A DNA stretch of 64,000 bases from Bacteroidales bacterium (GCA_029210565.1 JARGFQ010000005.1:675-64674); one strand, 5' to 3'; positions 48,831 to 59,069 are shown, counted from the first letter of the stretch. Translations and numbers: made by a program. Notes: generated by a model from the letters alone, not told the origin.

Positions 48831-50345
48831 CTACCGGGCGGCAATTTCCAGTATGCTCTCAATAAACTCCCTGCTGTTGGAAAGCCGGGGCATCTTATGC
48901 TGTCCCCCGAGCTTGTCTCTCTCCCTGAACCACTTGTAGAATGTGCCGGGTGGTACCACTCTCACCAAAGGCATGGTGAGGGTGAGATCCTTGTATCTCT
49001 TGGCTTCATAGTCAGAGTTGACGGCTTTGATGGCGGTGTCAAGTATCTCGACAAAATGTCCAATGTCATTTGGTTCCCTGTCAAATTCGATTACCCATTC
49101 GTGCGACCCGCGTGTTTCTGTGCCCATGAAGACCGGACCTGCCGTATATTCGGTTATATGTGCCTCTGTGCCGAGGCATGCCCTGTCGAGAGCCTTCTCG
49201 GCATTATCGATAATTACCTCCTCGCCGAAGACGTTGATGAAGTGTTTTGTGCGGCCTGTGATCCTGATCTTGTGCGGCCGGAGGCTGGTAAACTCAACTG
49301 TATCGCCGATGGCGTAGCGCCAGAGGCCTCCGTCAGTGGATATCACAATGGCATAATTGACACCCTTTTCAACTTCACCGATGGTGAGTGTGCGGGGGTT
49401 GTCGCTATAAGCCTCATCTGCCGGGATGAATTCGTAATAGACACCGTAATCGAGCATCAGCAGCATGGAGCAGTCGGAGAGGTCATCCTGTATGGCAAAG
49501 AAACCCTCCGATGCGTTATAAGTTTCCATGTAGTTCATCTTCGGATCAGGCAGCATCTTCCTGTACTGTTCCCGGTATGGCGCAAAACTGACACCGCCGT
49601 GAAAAAAGACCTCCAGGTTAGGCCATACCTGGTGAAGATTTTCCTTTCCGGTTGTCTGCAATATATTTCTTATCAGCACCAGGTTCCAGGAGGGCACACC
49701 GGAGATACTGGTGATATTCATGTCAACCGTTTTTTCGGTTATAAGCTTCATCTTCTCCTCAAAGTCCTCAATCAGGGCTATATGTGCGGGAGGAGTGCGT
49801 ATCAGATCGGCATAGGCTGGGGCATTCTCGATCAGGATAGCTGACAGGTCGCCGTAGAGCGAGTTATTGCTGAAGTTGTTTATCTGGTGGCTGCCCCCCA
49901 GTGTCAGGCCCTTCCCGAGAAATATTTTAGTAGCAGGGTTAAGCGAGGTATAAAGCACCAGGCAGTCCTTTGTGCCACGGTAGTGAGTCCGCTCAAGCGA
50001 TTCCTTCGTTATGGGGATGAATTTGCTTTTGGCACTGGTGGTGCCTGATGACTTGGCAAACCACTTCACCTCTCCCGGCCAGAGGAGGTCCTTCTCGCCC
50101 GCCCTCAGTCTGTCTACCCAGGGCATGAGCTCCTCATAGCTCTGCAGCGGGACACTGCCGGCATACTGCTCGTGTGTCGTGACGGATGAATAGCCATGCT
50201 CTTTTCCCCATGCCGTGTTACTGCCCCGGGCAAGAAGTCTCATCAGCACCTCCTGCTGCGTCTCGGCCGGGTACTTTCTGAACAGTTCGATCTGTGAACG
50301 CCGTTTGGTGTTTATCCACTTTATGACCGAGGGGATGAATGGCAT
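48831..50345 (-). CDS. GH3 (auxin-responsive promoter) family adenylating enzyme-like protein
   Basis: The ATG at 50345 gives MPFIPSVIKWINTKRRSQIELFRKYPAETQQEVL. The block FAKSSGTTSAKSKFIP is typical of the family. Confidence 0.75.
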   Translation of the reverse strand: MPFIPSVIKWINTKRRSQIELFRKYPAETQQEVLMRLLARGSNTAWGKEHGYSSVTTHEQYAGSVPLQSYEELMPWVDRLRAGEKDLLWPGEVKWFAKSSGTTSAKSKFIPITKESLERTHYRGTKDCLVLYTSLNPATKIFLGKGLTLGGSHQINNFSNNSLYGDLSAILIENAPAYADLIRTPPAHIALIEDFEEKMKLITEKTVDMNITSISGVPSWNLVLIRNILQTTGKENLHQVWPNLEVFFHGGVSFAPYREQYRKMLPDPKMNYMETYNASEGFFAIQDDLSDCSMLLMLDYGVYYEFIPADEAYSDNPRTLTIGEVEKGVNYAIVISTDGGLWRYAIGDTVEFTSLRPHKIRITGRTKHFINVFGEEVIIDNAEKALDRACLGTEAHITEYTAGPVFMGTETRGSHEWVIEFDREPNDIGHFVEILDTAIKAVNSDYEAKRYKDLTLTMPLVRVVPPGTFYKWFRERDKLGGQHKMPRLSNSREFIESILEIAAR

Positions 50346-50456
50346 TTTTCCGATTTTCCCCAAACTTACATAAAAACACCTGATTTTGTACTGGCAAATG
50401 TAAATCCAGGTCAAAGCCCGGATCGGCTGAGGAAAGAGAGCAACACAATCATCATT

Positions 50457-51179
50457 TTACCTGAACAGTTCCTTAAGCACCGTAAGGGATCGGAACTGCC
50501 TTATTCCTGACAGGTGCAGGCTGTAATACCTGAGAATCCTTTCAAGTAGCTCCGAACGCTCTTCGCCCTGAAGATGCATTGTCTCCAGCTCTGTTGCCGG
50601 CATCTGCAGCAGCCTGTTGAATATGGTTGCCTGATGCGGCTCCAGGAAATCAGGATGCATGGGCTGACTGAGGGTAAACTGCCCGGTAAGCATGTCAAAA
50701 TACGAGTCCTGCAGGGGTGCTGCCGCAGGCCCGATACCTGTATAGGCCATGAATGCCACCAGGAACCATAGGTGGAAGTTGCTGATGCCTTCCTGCATCT
50801 CGTCAAGGGTGACCGCCGAGGAGCGGATGAAATCATACAACATGCGGTTCACATCCTCCTCTCGAATGATATTGTAAAGTACTTCGCTGATAAACAGCGC
50901 CAGTGTGCTTCGTCTGATATCGGCAGGGGTATTTATGGGGACGAAGGCCAGGCTCATCTCTTTCAGGTTATGGACCTCCCCCTTCTCACTGTGATAGATC
51001 TCGAGGCTGAAGACATTCATGGGACGGAAATAACTGAAGCGCGCGTTGCCCTTTTTTGAGGAGAGACCCCTTACCATCACTGACATCCTGCCATGATCGC
51101 GGGTGTAGAATTGCGCTATCAGGGAGTTGTCTGAATAACGGACATGATGGAGCAGTATGGCTTCGGTCTTGATCAGCAT
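50457..51179 (-). CDS. recO: DNA repair protein RecO
   Basis: The ATG at 51179 gives MLIKTEAILLHHVRYSDNSLIAQFYTRDHGRMSVMVRG (OB-fold N-terminus). The length is 240 aa. Confidence 0.75.
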   Translation of the reverse strand: MLIKTEAILLHHVRYSDNSLIAQFYTRDHGRMSVMVRGLSSKKGNARFSYFRPMNVFSLEIYHSEKGEVHNLKEMSLAFVPINTPADIRRSTLALFISEVLYNIIREEDVNRMLYDFIRSSAVTLDEMQEGISNFHLWFLVAFMAYTGIGPAAAPLQDSYFDMLTGQFTLSQPMHPDFLEPHQATIFNRLLQMPATELETMHLQGEERSELLERILRYYSLHLSGIRQFRSLTVLKELFR

Positions 51180-51279
51180 TGTCTGGTATACACAATCAAA
51201 TGTATTAAAGTTTGAGCACAATAGGGAGGCGCCAGGGCACTGAGTTAAAATTTGTATCTTTACGTTTCAATTCCAACTA

Positions 51280-52674
51280 ATGGACCTGAGATCAAAAGAT
51301 CAGCTTCTTAAGCGCATAGCGCGGCTTGCACGTCAGAACAAGGAGCTTGATGAATCTGTCAAGAAACTTGAGCGGGAGAAGGAGCGGCTGTTGGAAATAA
51401 ATGAGAAGTACAGGCTTCTGATTGAGAGACAGGAGTTGCCGGCAGCCAAACCTCAGGCCGAGGAGAAGTCGCTCAGGTACAACATGGTCACGGTCCTGTT
51501 TGCCGATATTCACGGCTTCTCCAAGCTTGTTGAGAATATGGAATCAGACCGGGTCATGGATGAGCTCGATGAGATCTTTTATGAGTTCGACAAAATAATC
51601 GGGAAATATCACGTAGAGAAGATAAGGACCATCGGTGACACCATCATGTGTGCCGGAGGGATACCGTCAAAGAATATCACCAACCCTGTTGAGGTTGTCA
51701 TGGCAGCTGTTGAGCTGAGGCATTTTCTAAAGGATTACGAGACCAGGAAGAGGGGCAGCGACAGGATCTGGAACCTGAAGATAGGAATGCATACCGGTCC
51801 GGTCACTGCCACCATATCGGGCAAGAACAAGGTGTCATATGACATCAAGGGGAGGGCAGTAAACACTGCAAGCAGGATAGAAGCTATCGCTGAAAATGAG
51901 TCGATTATCATTTCGGACATGACCTATGAACTGATAAAAGAGTTCTTCAACTGTGACTTCTACGGCAAGCTGCCTGTGAAGTATACAGGAAGTGTCCAAA
52001 TGTTCCAGGTTAGGGGCCTCCTGCCCGCACTGTCGGTTGGCGGACTTGGATTCCGGCCTAACGAAGCCTTCAGGGTCAAGTTTGGCCTGATACAGTTCAC
52101 CGACATACAGGAGCTAATACTCGACAAGCTGGAGAGGGAGCTGCCGGAGTTCCTCTTCTACCACAATGTAAAGCATACCGTGGATGTGGTTACGGAGGTA
52201 GAGCTGATAGGATGGGCTGAGGGGTGCAGTGACGAGGAGATACTGCTTCTGAAGACGGCGGCGCTCTTCCATGATGCCGGCCATACGGTGTCATATGACG
52301 ACCATGAGTACCAGGGGACCCTTCAGGCGCAGGAGATGCTTCCTGCATATGGATACAGTGATGAGCAGATAGAACGTATCTGCAGAGTCATCATGTCAAC
52401 CAAGCTGCCTCCCAGACCCTCAAATATCCTGGAGCAGATCATCTGCGATGCCGATCTCGACTACCTGGGCAGGAGCGACTTCATCCCGGTCTCCAATACT
52501 CTTTTTGAGGAGCTGAAGGCGCAGAACAAGATCACAAATCTGAACGACTGGAACAGGATGCAGGTTAAATTTATTTCAGGACATCAATATTTCACCGCCA
52601 CCGCCCGCAGCCTCAGGGAGGTAAACAAGAAACTTCAGATCGAGAGGATACAGAGCCTGATCATGGCAGAGTGA
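51280..52674 (+). CDS. Coiled-coil + class III adenylate/guanylate cyclase + intact HD phosphohydrolase domain
   Basis: Cyclase blocks are VTVLFADIHGFSKL, IRTIGDTIMCAGG and AVNTASRIEA. HD motifs are YHNVKH, LFHDAGH and CDADLDYLG. Confidence 0.8.
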   Translation: MDLRSKDQLLKRIARLARQNKELDESVKKLEREKERLLEINEKYRLLIERQELPAAKPQAEEKSLRYNMVTVLFADIHGFSKLVENMESDRVMDELDEIFYEFDKIIGKYHVEKIRTIGDTIMCAGGIPSKNITNPVEVVMAAVELRHFLKDYETRKRGSDRIWNLKIGMHTGPVTATISGKNKVSYDIKGRAVNTASRIEAIAENESIIISDMTYELIKEFFNCDFYGKLPVKYTGSVQMFQVRGLLPALSVGGLGFRPNEAFRVKFGLIQFTDIQELILDKLERELPEFLFYHNVKHTVDVVTEVELIGWAEGCSDEEILLLKTAALFHDAGHTVSYDDHEYQGTLQAQEMLPAYGYSDEQIERICRVIMSTKLPPRPSNILEQIICDADLDYLGRSDFIPVSNTLFEELKAQNKITNLNDWNRMQVKFISGHQYFTATARSLREVNKKLQIERIQSLIMAE

Positions 52675-52810
52675 TCACCTGACGACAATCACCATGGCCT
52701 TCCAGGCCCGGCAAATCCATCAACATCATTACAATTAACCCGGCGACATTTGCAACGCACGGAATACTCTTGAGTGGCAGTATGGCCAGACCTCTTAAGG
52801 GTAAGGATGA

Positions 52811-55108
52811 TCACCGTATCACCAGCATCTTTGTGACTTTTGCCAGGCTGCCGTCTTCATTGCTGCAGAAGACCAGATATACCCCCGTGGTTACTCTTTC
52901 TGACCGGTAATTGTGGAGGTCCCATGTTGCCTGTCCTCCCGTAGAGGTTGTCTCATAGACGAGGTTGCCGCTGATGTCAGTGATCTTAACGGAGGAGTTT
53001 TCAACCAATCCTGTAACTGTCACAACCCCTTCAAAGTCCTCCCTGACAGGATTGGGGAAGACATAGATGGAGGAAAAATCCTCCTTTCCGGCCGTGGCAT
53101 CACCGCGGAATGAGATGATGCCTTCCGAGGTACCGAACCATACCTCCCCGGTGACCGGGTTTACATTTATTTTTACAATATTGTCAGAGAGCAGGGGGCT
53201 GTTTCTGCTGTTGAAATGGATAAGCTCTTCCCTGGCGTCATCGGACATCAGCCAGGCCCCGGAGCTCATTGTGCCGAACCATTTTCTGTTGGCTCCGTCA
53301 ACACAGATGGAGGTCACGGTCTCTGTCCCGAGCAGGTAATCGGCGAGTCCCGACCCGTCGTTTCTAGGTATCTTTATTCTTGTTGCCTTCAGTTCACCGG
53401 TGAATGCCTTGCCTGGGTTGTAGAAGACTGCCGGGCCCATGTCGGTGCCGAGCCATATGCTGCCGTCATTATCAGTTGTAACAGAGAATATGTTATTCAA
53501 CACGTGGCCCTCGGTGTCTGTCACCTGGAGCCTCAGATATCTGTCATTGGTCAGTGTCTCCGGGGTTCCCGCAGGGTCATAGACAAGCAGCCCATAGCCG
53601 CGGGGCAGGGTCACCCAGATGAATCCGTTGCGGTCGATGACCATGTCTCCTGCCACCGGGACACCCAGGCTCAGTGTGGTTGAGATCCAGTTTCCGTCAG
53701 GCGTCAGGGCCTTCAGAATGCCAGGAACTCCTGACTGCGTCATCCAGAGGTTTCCTTCCCGGTCGTATGCAAGACCGCATATGCGTGTAAAGTTTTCGCC
53801 AGGGATGATACTTGACAGGGGAGAGTTTTCCTGGTTGTAATTCATGACCATATCACCCTCCCTGAACTCATAAAGGCCGTTACCCCATGATGAGACGAAA
53901 TAATGGCTTGCATCATCAGGGTCTGCTATAACCCTCATGGCGTCCCTGTCTTCCGGTAGGTAAAGAATGGTGCTTCGCCAGCGGTCACCCGTGCCGGTGA
54001 AGACCTGCAGCGGGCGGTAGACATTGCCCCAGGCGTTGTCAACGGTGCCTCCGGTCACATAGAAATTGTCGCCGGCAAAATGGATGTCGGCAACATTGTT
54101 TGTATACGGCCCGGGGAGAGTGTGACTGACATATGTTGCATAATCATCGGTTGAGACGAGTCCTGAAGAGGCATCGGCGACCCAGAGTGTCTGGCCGGTG
54201 ATGGCTGCTGTGACCGGGTTTGCTGCAGCAGGACCGTAACCGGTGATCTCCCTCTGCAGTGTACCCTGGCCGGAAAACATCCGGAGCGCTGAGGTTGTTG
54301 CCAGGCAGATGGAGTTGCCGGTAGCCGATACCGATCTCATGCTTCCCCCGGGAGAGGTATGGATGAGGGTGGCATTCTCTCCGGGGATGATCCGGAAGAG
54401 GGAGTCAGCTGATGAAGCTGAGCCGGGCTTGCTGATAAAAAGGGCAGTGCCGGCCGTGGCGATGCCGTTGTACGAAGACACGGGGGAGGGGAGTCCTTCC
54501 AGCCTCTCCCAGTTTCCGAAGTATGAGAGTCCCGGCCTGGAAAGAGGCGCGGAGAATATCCCCGTGGCGGTGGTGGCGTAAACTCTGTCTCCGAGGATGG
54601 CTGTAGCAGCAACAGCGTTAACCTCGCCGTCGGACCCCGGCCTCCAGGTGTCAGCCACGTACCGCCCCCTGATATCAAGTACAACGATGCCGAAGCTCCC
54701 CGAAAGCATAGCCATGCTGCCCGCAACGGTGACGCCGTATATCTCCTTGAGTCCCGGGATGTATTTGTTCTTGATGTCGGGTATATTTGTAACGATACCC
54801 TTTCTCAGAAGGTCAACGGAAGTGTTCCTGTATATAATGATCAGTGTCTCTTCCTCCTCGCACCAGGCAACAGCGTTCACCAGGGTCTCATTCAGGCCCG
54901 TGACCCGTGAGACGGAGGATGTTGAGCGGGAGGGGATGTCATATACAAGCACTGCGGCACCGGCGGAGGAGAAGACTTTGTCATCTCCGACAGCGAGGCT
55001 CAGCGAGGAGCTGTAGGAGAGCCGATCCTTCCATGATCCCACAGGGCCCTGTCCATGATGTGGCAGGGTGAGGCATGAGATCACTATTGCGGATAAAAGC
55101 CTTCTCAT
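52811..55108 (-). CDS. porZ: Beta-propeller (two-component-regulator-propeller type) protein with T9SS type-A CTD, PorZ-like
   Basis: It has a signal peptide and repeated propeller blades (IWVTLPRGYGLLVYD, SIWLGTDMGPAVF, VWFGTSEGIISF). The C-terminus VFPNPVREDF...VKITDISGNLVYE...GVYLV is a Por_Secre_tail. The symbol is tentative. Confidence 0.6.
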   Translation of the reverse strand: MRRLLSAIVISCLTLPHHGQGPVGSWKDRLSYSSSLSLAVGDDKVFSSAGAAVLVYDIPSRSTSSVSRVTGLNETLVNAVAWCEEEETLIIIYRNTSVDLLRKGIVTNIPDIKNKYIPGLKEIYGVTVAGSMAMLSGSFGIVVLDIRGRYVADTWRPGSDGEVNAVAATAILGDRVYATTATGIFSAPLSRPGLSYFGNWERLEGLPSPVSSYNGIATAGTALFISKPGSASSADSLFRIIPGENATLIHTSPGGSMRSVSATGNSICLATTSALRMFSGQGTLQREITGYGPAAANPVTAAITGQTLWVADASSGLVSTDDYATYVSHTLPGPYTNNVADIHFAGDNFYVTGGTVDNAWGNVYRPLQVFTGTGDRWRSTILYLPEDRDAMRVIADPDDASHYFVSSWGNGLYEFREGDMVMNYNQENSPLSSIIPGENFTRICGLAYDREGNLWMTQSGVPGILKALTPDGNWISTTLSLGVPVAGDMVIDRNGFIWVTLPRGYGLLVYDPAGTPETLTNDRYLRLQVTDTEGHVLNNIFSVTTDNDGSIWLGTDMGPAVFYNPGKAFTGELKATRIKIPRNDGSGLADYLLGTETVTSICVDGANRKWFGTMSSGAWLMSDDAREELIHFNSRNSPLLSDNIVKINVNPVTGEVWFGTSEGIISFRGDATAGKEDFSSIYVFPNPVREDFEGVVTVTGLVENSSVKITDISGNLVYETTSTGGQATWDLHNYRSERVTTGVYLVFCSNEDGSLAKVTKMLVIR

Positions 55109-55255
55109 CCCTGCAGGAATTGTTTACAGAAGCCTGATAGCCTGTCCCGCCTTGGAGGGAGAACCATATATGACAGGAAATTAATGATTTTCATTGGTTT
55201 GCGACCAGTATCAATAATGTGGGTTTCATAGTTGCCGAATCACATTTACTGCTGA

Positions 55256-55846
55256 TTATCGTCTCTCTTTCACGGATGCAAGGAACTCCAGCAGCTTTCT
55301 CATGGCACGGGCGCGGTGGGAGACGGTGTTTTTCTCCGACAGCGGAATCTCGGCAAAGGTGAGCTCATAGCCTTCGGCGCGGAAGACAGGGTCATAGCCA
55401 AAGCCTCCCGTTCCCCGTCTCTCGCTTAGAATCTCTCCCTCAATTGTTCCCTCAAAAAGATGCTCCCTGTCATTAAGTATCAGGGCAATGACTGTGCGGA
55501 AGCGCGCCCTGCGGTCAGTGACCCCCTCCATCCGTAGCAGCAGTTTGTCGATATTGTCGTCGAAGCTTTTTCCCTCGCCGGCATATCGTGCGGAAAAGAC
55601 ACCGGGCTCACCCCCCAGGGCGTCAACCTCCAGCCCCGTGTCATCTGCAAAGACATTCATGCCGGTCCTTGCATGCACGTACCTTGCCTTGCCAAGGGCA
55701 TTGCCGGCAAGTGTATCTTCATCCTCGGGAATATCTTCGGTGATATTCACGTCAGCCAGCCCCATGATCCTGAAGTCTTCGTTCAGGAGATCACTGATCT
55801 CCGTGATTTTATGCTTGTTGTTTGTTGCGAAAAGTAGTTCCATCAT
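55256..55846 (-). CDS. rdgB: Non-canonical purine NTP pyrophosphatase (RdgB/HAM1)
   Basis: Motifs are LLFATNNKHKITEI, FADDTGLEVDALGGEPGVFSARYAG and GFGYDPVF. Confidence 0.9.
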   Translation of the reverse strand: MMELLFATNNKHKITEISDLLNEDFRIMGLADVNITEDIPEDEDTLAGNALGKARYVHARTGMNVFADDTGLEVDALGGEPGVFSARYAGEGKSFDDNIDKLLLRMEGVTDRRARFRTVIALILNDREHLFEGTIEGEILSERRGTGGFGYDPVFRAEGYELTFAEIPLSEKNTVSHRARAMRKLLEFLASVKERR

Positions 55847-55925
55847 ACGATCGGATAATTGGCAAAATTAATCATTGCATACTGTCAGGGGATCATCAGA
55901 CAGCCAAAACAGTGAAATAAAAGAT

Positions 55926-55933
55926 TATTTTTG
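55926..55933 (+). promoter_or_regulatory. Candidate -7 box (TATTTTTG)
   Basis: It matches TAnnTTTG and lies 24 nt upstream of the ATG at 55957. Confidence 0.35.
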
Positions 55934-55956
55934 TTATATCTGCGTTATTACCAGAG

Positions 55957-57987
55957 ATGACCTTCAAATTCTTCCACGGTAAAGTGTTGTGCAGCCTGAT
56001 GCTGATTGCAGGCTTATGGTCTTCCGATCAGCCGGATGCAGAGGAGCGGCTCTCCGGTCATGCGGAGGCAGAAGTGTGGACTTACGATGAGCCTGTTACA
56101 GGTGAGCGGCTCTCCGGTCATGCGGTGGCAGGAGTGTGGCTCTGTGATCAGCCGGATTCAGAGGAGCGGCTCTCCGGTCAACCTGTAGAAGGATTGTTGC
56201 TCTCTGATCCGCCGGTGGCAAACCGGCCAGACCCCCTTGAAGATTCATGTAAGATATTAAATATCAGGCTTTATAGATCGGGATACCTGATTGACATGAA
56301 AGAAGAGATGCCGGTTCTCGACCACAGGGAAGGCATAGTCTTCACCATGGAGAATAACGGGGCAACAGAATACTCGTTTTTCATGGCCGGTCCCGATGTC
56401 GGGTGGAGTGCCTGGACCGGCAGGAGCTACAAGGAGTACACCAATCTTAGCCGGGGAAGGCACACATTCATGTACCGCCACCATGTCCGGGGCGGAGAAT
56501 TAACAGGAGAGGGCTCATATGCATTCAGGGTCAGGGCGCCGTGGTATTTCTCGCCGCTGGCATGGATAATATACCCATTGCTACTTGTTCTGGGAGGTAT
56601 GTTTATCCGCAGGCACACACACCATCGCTTTATGGAGAGGCAGAAGAGCCTTGAGGAACTGATTGCGGAACGAACCGAGGAACTGCAGCACGAGAAGGAG
56701 AAATCGGACAATCTGCTGGCTAACATGCTTCCGCGCGGTACGGCCCAGGAGATAATGTCAAAAGGGAAGGCAGCTAAGACTAAATATAATTTTGTTACTG
56801 TGCTATTCTCAGATATACAGGGATTTACAAAGATTGCCGAGGAGATGAATCCCGAGGTGCTTATTGATGAGCTTGATCGGTTCTTCTTTCATTTTGATTC
56901 GGTCACACAGAAATACAGGATAGAAAAAATAAAAACCATAGGCGACGCCTACATGTGTGCCGGAGGTATTCCGGAGAGGAACAGGACCAATCCCGTGGAG
57001 GTGGTGCTGGCAGCACTGGAGATGCAGAAGTATATGCAGTTCATGCGGGATGACCCTGCAAACAACGCTGCACGTTTCTGGGACATCAGGATAGGCATTC
57101 ATACAGGAACGGTTATCGCGGGTGTTGTCGGGCATACGAAGCTTACCTATGACATCTGGGGTGATACCGTTAATACAGCCAGCAGGATGGAGTCTTCCGG
57201 TGAGGCGGGCAAGATCAACATATCCGGCACCACCCATGAGTTTGTCAAGGAGTACTTTACCTGTGAATACCGAGGCAGGATGCCGGTGAAGTACAAGGGC
57301 GACCTCGACATGTATTTTGTCACGGGTATCAGGCCTGAGTTCTGCGAACCGGACGGCTTACCCAACAGGAAGTTCTTCAACCGTATAGCGATGATACGTA
57401 TTCTCGATGTAGAAGAACATGTTTTTGCAAAGTACTCGGAGAATGCCTCGCCGGACCTCTTCTTCCACAGCCTTGAACATATTCGGAGTGTTTGTCTTCA
57501 GGCTGATCTGCTTGCGAGGGCGGAACAGCTTGAAGACAGTGATTATATCAATCTCAGGCTGGCATCTGTGTTTATCTTTTACGGTTATGTATTTGACTAC
57601 AGTGATCCGGCCTCCGCTGCCAGGAAGCGAGCGGAAGAGATACTGGCAGTTTATGGTTTTGAGAAACAGACGCTGGATGTGGTCACGGAACTGATGGAGA
57701 CAGCCTTCCAGCCGCACCAGGAGAGCATGGCCGGTATGGTATTGCATGATGCGGTGTATGATTTCACCGGCAGGGTAGATTTCATCTCCATGGCCGACAG
57801 GCTTTACCGCGAGGAGATGGCCTACGGCAAGGCTTATGATCCGAAGGCATGGTTCAGAAAAATGATAGCGATGGTTGAGCATAATCCCTTCCTGACGGAA
57901 ACGGCAAGGCGACTGCAGTCTGTGCCGCATGATGAGCAGGTAAGAGCTCTCAGATCTTTTGCCGACGAAAAGCTGACCGGGATATAA
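55957..57987 (+). CDS. Membrane class III cyclase: 20-aa tandem repeats + Y_Y_Y-like domain + TM + cyclase + degenerate HD-like domain
   Basis: Cyclase blocks are VTVLFSDIQGFTKI, IKTIGDAYMCAGG and DIWGDTVNTASRMES. The periplasmic block YSFFMAGPDVGWSAW...YKEYTNLSRGRHTFMYR...AFRVRAPWYFS resembles Y_Y_Y. The C-terminal region aligns to the HD domain of the 51280 paralogue. Confidence 0.8.
   Translation: MTFKFFHGKVLCSLMLIAGLWSSDQPDAEERLSGHAEAEVWTYDEPVTGERLSGHAVAGVWLCDQPDSEERLSGQPVEGLLLSDPPVANRPDPLEDSCKILNIRLYRSGYLIDMKEEMPVLDHREGIVFTMENNGATEYSFFMAGPDVGWSAWTGRSYKEYTNLSRGRHTFMYRHHVRGGELTGEGSYAFRVRAPWYFSPLAWIIYPLLLVLGGMFIRRHTHHRFMERQKSLEELIAERTEELQHEKEKSDNLLANMLPRGTAQEIMSKGKAAKTKYNFVTVLFSDIQGFTKIAEEMNPEVLIDELDRFFFHFDSVTQKYRIEKIKTIGDAYMCAGGIPERNRTNPVEVVLAALEMQKYMQFMRDDPANNAARFWDIRIGIHTGTVIAGVVGHTKLTYDIWGDTVNTASRMESSGEAGKINISGTTHEFVKEYFTCEYRGRMPVKYKGDLDMYFVTGIRPEFCEPDGLPNRKFFNRIAMIRILDVEEHVFAKYSENASPDLFFHSLEHIRSVCLQADLLARAEQLEDSDYINLRLASVFIFYGYVFDYSDPASAARKRAEEILAVYGFEKQTLDVVTELMETAFQPHQESMAGMVLHDAVYDFTGRVDFISMADRLYREEMAYGKAYDPKAWFRKMIAMVEHNPFLTETARRLQSVPHDEQVRALRSFADEKLTGI
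56026..56220 (+). repeat. Perfect-period 60-bp tandem repeat, 3.25 copies, in frame
   Basis: Copies lie at 56026, 56086 and 56146, with a partial copy at 56206. They encode DQPDAEERLSGHAEAEVWTY / DEPVTGERLSGHAVAGVWLC / DQPDSEERLSGQPVEGLLLS / DPPVA. Confidence 0.9.
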
Positions 57988-57992
57988 AATCA

Positions 57993-58023
57993 TTTGGAAC
58001 TAAATTTTTAAACCTTACATTTG
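57993..58023 (+). promoter_or_regulatory. Candidate Bacteroidota promoter for ilvE: -33 TTTG (57993..57996) and -7 TACATTTG (58016..58023)
   Basis: The two elements are spaced 19 nt apart, and the -7 box lies 24 nt upstream of the ATG at 58047. Both sit in a 10-bp direct repeat CATTTGGAAC (57991 and 58018). Confidence 0.45.
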
Positions 58024-58046
58024 GAACAACCATTACGTATATTATC

Positions 58047-59069
58047 ATGATAGATCTTGACTGGAACAATTTGCCGTTTGGCTACATGAAAACTGATTAT
58101 AACGTCAGGTGTTACTTCAGGAACGGGGAGTGGAGCAAACCGGAGATCTCCCAATCAGAACATATCAGTGTCCATATTGCAGCCACCGCCCTGCACTACG
58201 GCCAGGAGTCGTTTGAAGGACTCAAGGCTTACAGGGGCCGTGACGGCAAGGTGCGACTGTTTCGCTGGGAGGACAATGCCAGGCGAATGACCTCATCGGC
58301 AAAAGGCATAATAATGGAACCGGTGCCGATTGAGCTCTTCAGAGAGGCAATCTTCACAGCCGTCAGGCTTAATGAGAAGTATGTTCCACCTCACGGATCC
58401 GGTGCATCCCTTTATATCAGGCCTCTGCTCTTTGGCAGCGGCGCCGAGGTTGGCGTAAAGCCCGCGGCTGAGTATACATTCCTCGTCTTTGTAACCCCGG
58501 TGGGACCCTATTTCAAGGGAGGCATCAAGCCCGTTAACATGATGATTTGCCGTGATGTTGACCGCGCTGCACCGCTTGGTACAGGCAATATCAAGGTGGG
58601 CGGCAACTATGCAGCCAGCCTCCGGGCAATCATCAGGGCACACGACGGAGGTTACGGCAATGCACTCTTCCTTGATGCCAGAGAGAAAAAATACGTTGAT
58701 GAATGCGGCCCCGCCAATTTCTTCGGGATAAAGGGCAACTCCTACGTAACTCCGCTGTCAGAATCGATCCTACCGTCAATCACAAACAAAAGCCTGATCT
58801 CCATAGCGGAGAAGCTTGGTATGAAAACGGAGATAAGAAAAGTACCGGTGGAAGAGCTGGCTGAGTTCGATGAGACCGGAGCATGCGGCACGGCTGCCGT
58901 GATCAGCCCCATCGCAAAAATTGTTGACCCCGATAATGGTAAGATCTATGAATATTGCAAGGACGGTGATCCGGGACCAGTTTCTCTTAAGCTTTTTAAT
59001 AAGCTGGTAGGCATTCAGTATGGCGATGAGCCTGATGAATTCGGCTGGATAACCGTCCTCGACATTTAA
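58047..59069 (+). CDS. ilvE: Branched-chain amino acid aminotransferase
   Basis: This is a 340-aa class IV aminotransferase with QESFEGLKAYR, and the PLP-Lys region GNIKVGGNYAASL. Confidence 0.9.
   Translation: MIDLDWNNLPFGYMKTDYNVRCYFRNGEWSKPEISQSEHISVHIAATALHYGQESFEGLKAYRGRDGKVRLFRWEDNARRMTSSAKGIIMEPVPIELFREAIFTAVRLNEKYVPPHGSGASLYIRPLLFGSGAEVGVKPAAEYTFLVFVTPVGPYFKGGIKPVNMMICRDVDRAAPLGTGNIKVGGNYAASLRAIIRAHDGGYGNALFLDAREKKYVDECGPANFFGIKGNSYVTPLSESILPSITNKSLISIAEKLGMKTEIRKVPVEELAEFDETGACGTAAVISPIAKIVDPDNGKIYEYCKDGDPGPVSLKLFNKLVGIQYGDEPDEFGWITVLDI

Noticed and set aside
56026-56220. Regular 60-bp repeats as a possible CRISPR array
   Set aside because: The repeats are contiguous with no spacers and lie in frame inside a protein-coding gene. 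No cas genes are present in the window.
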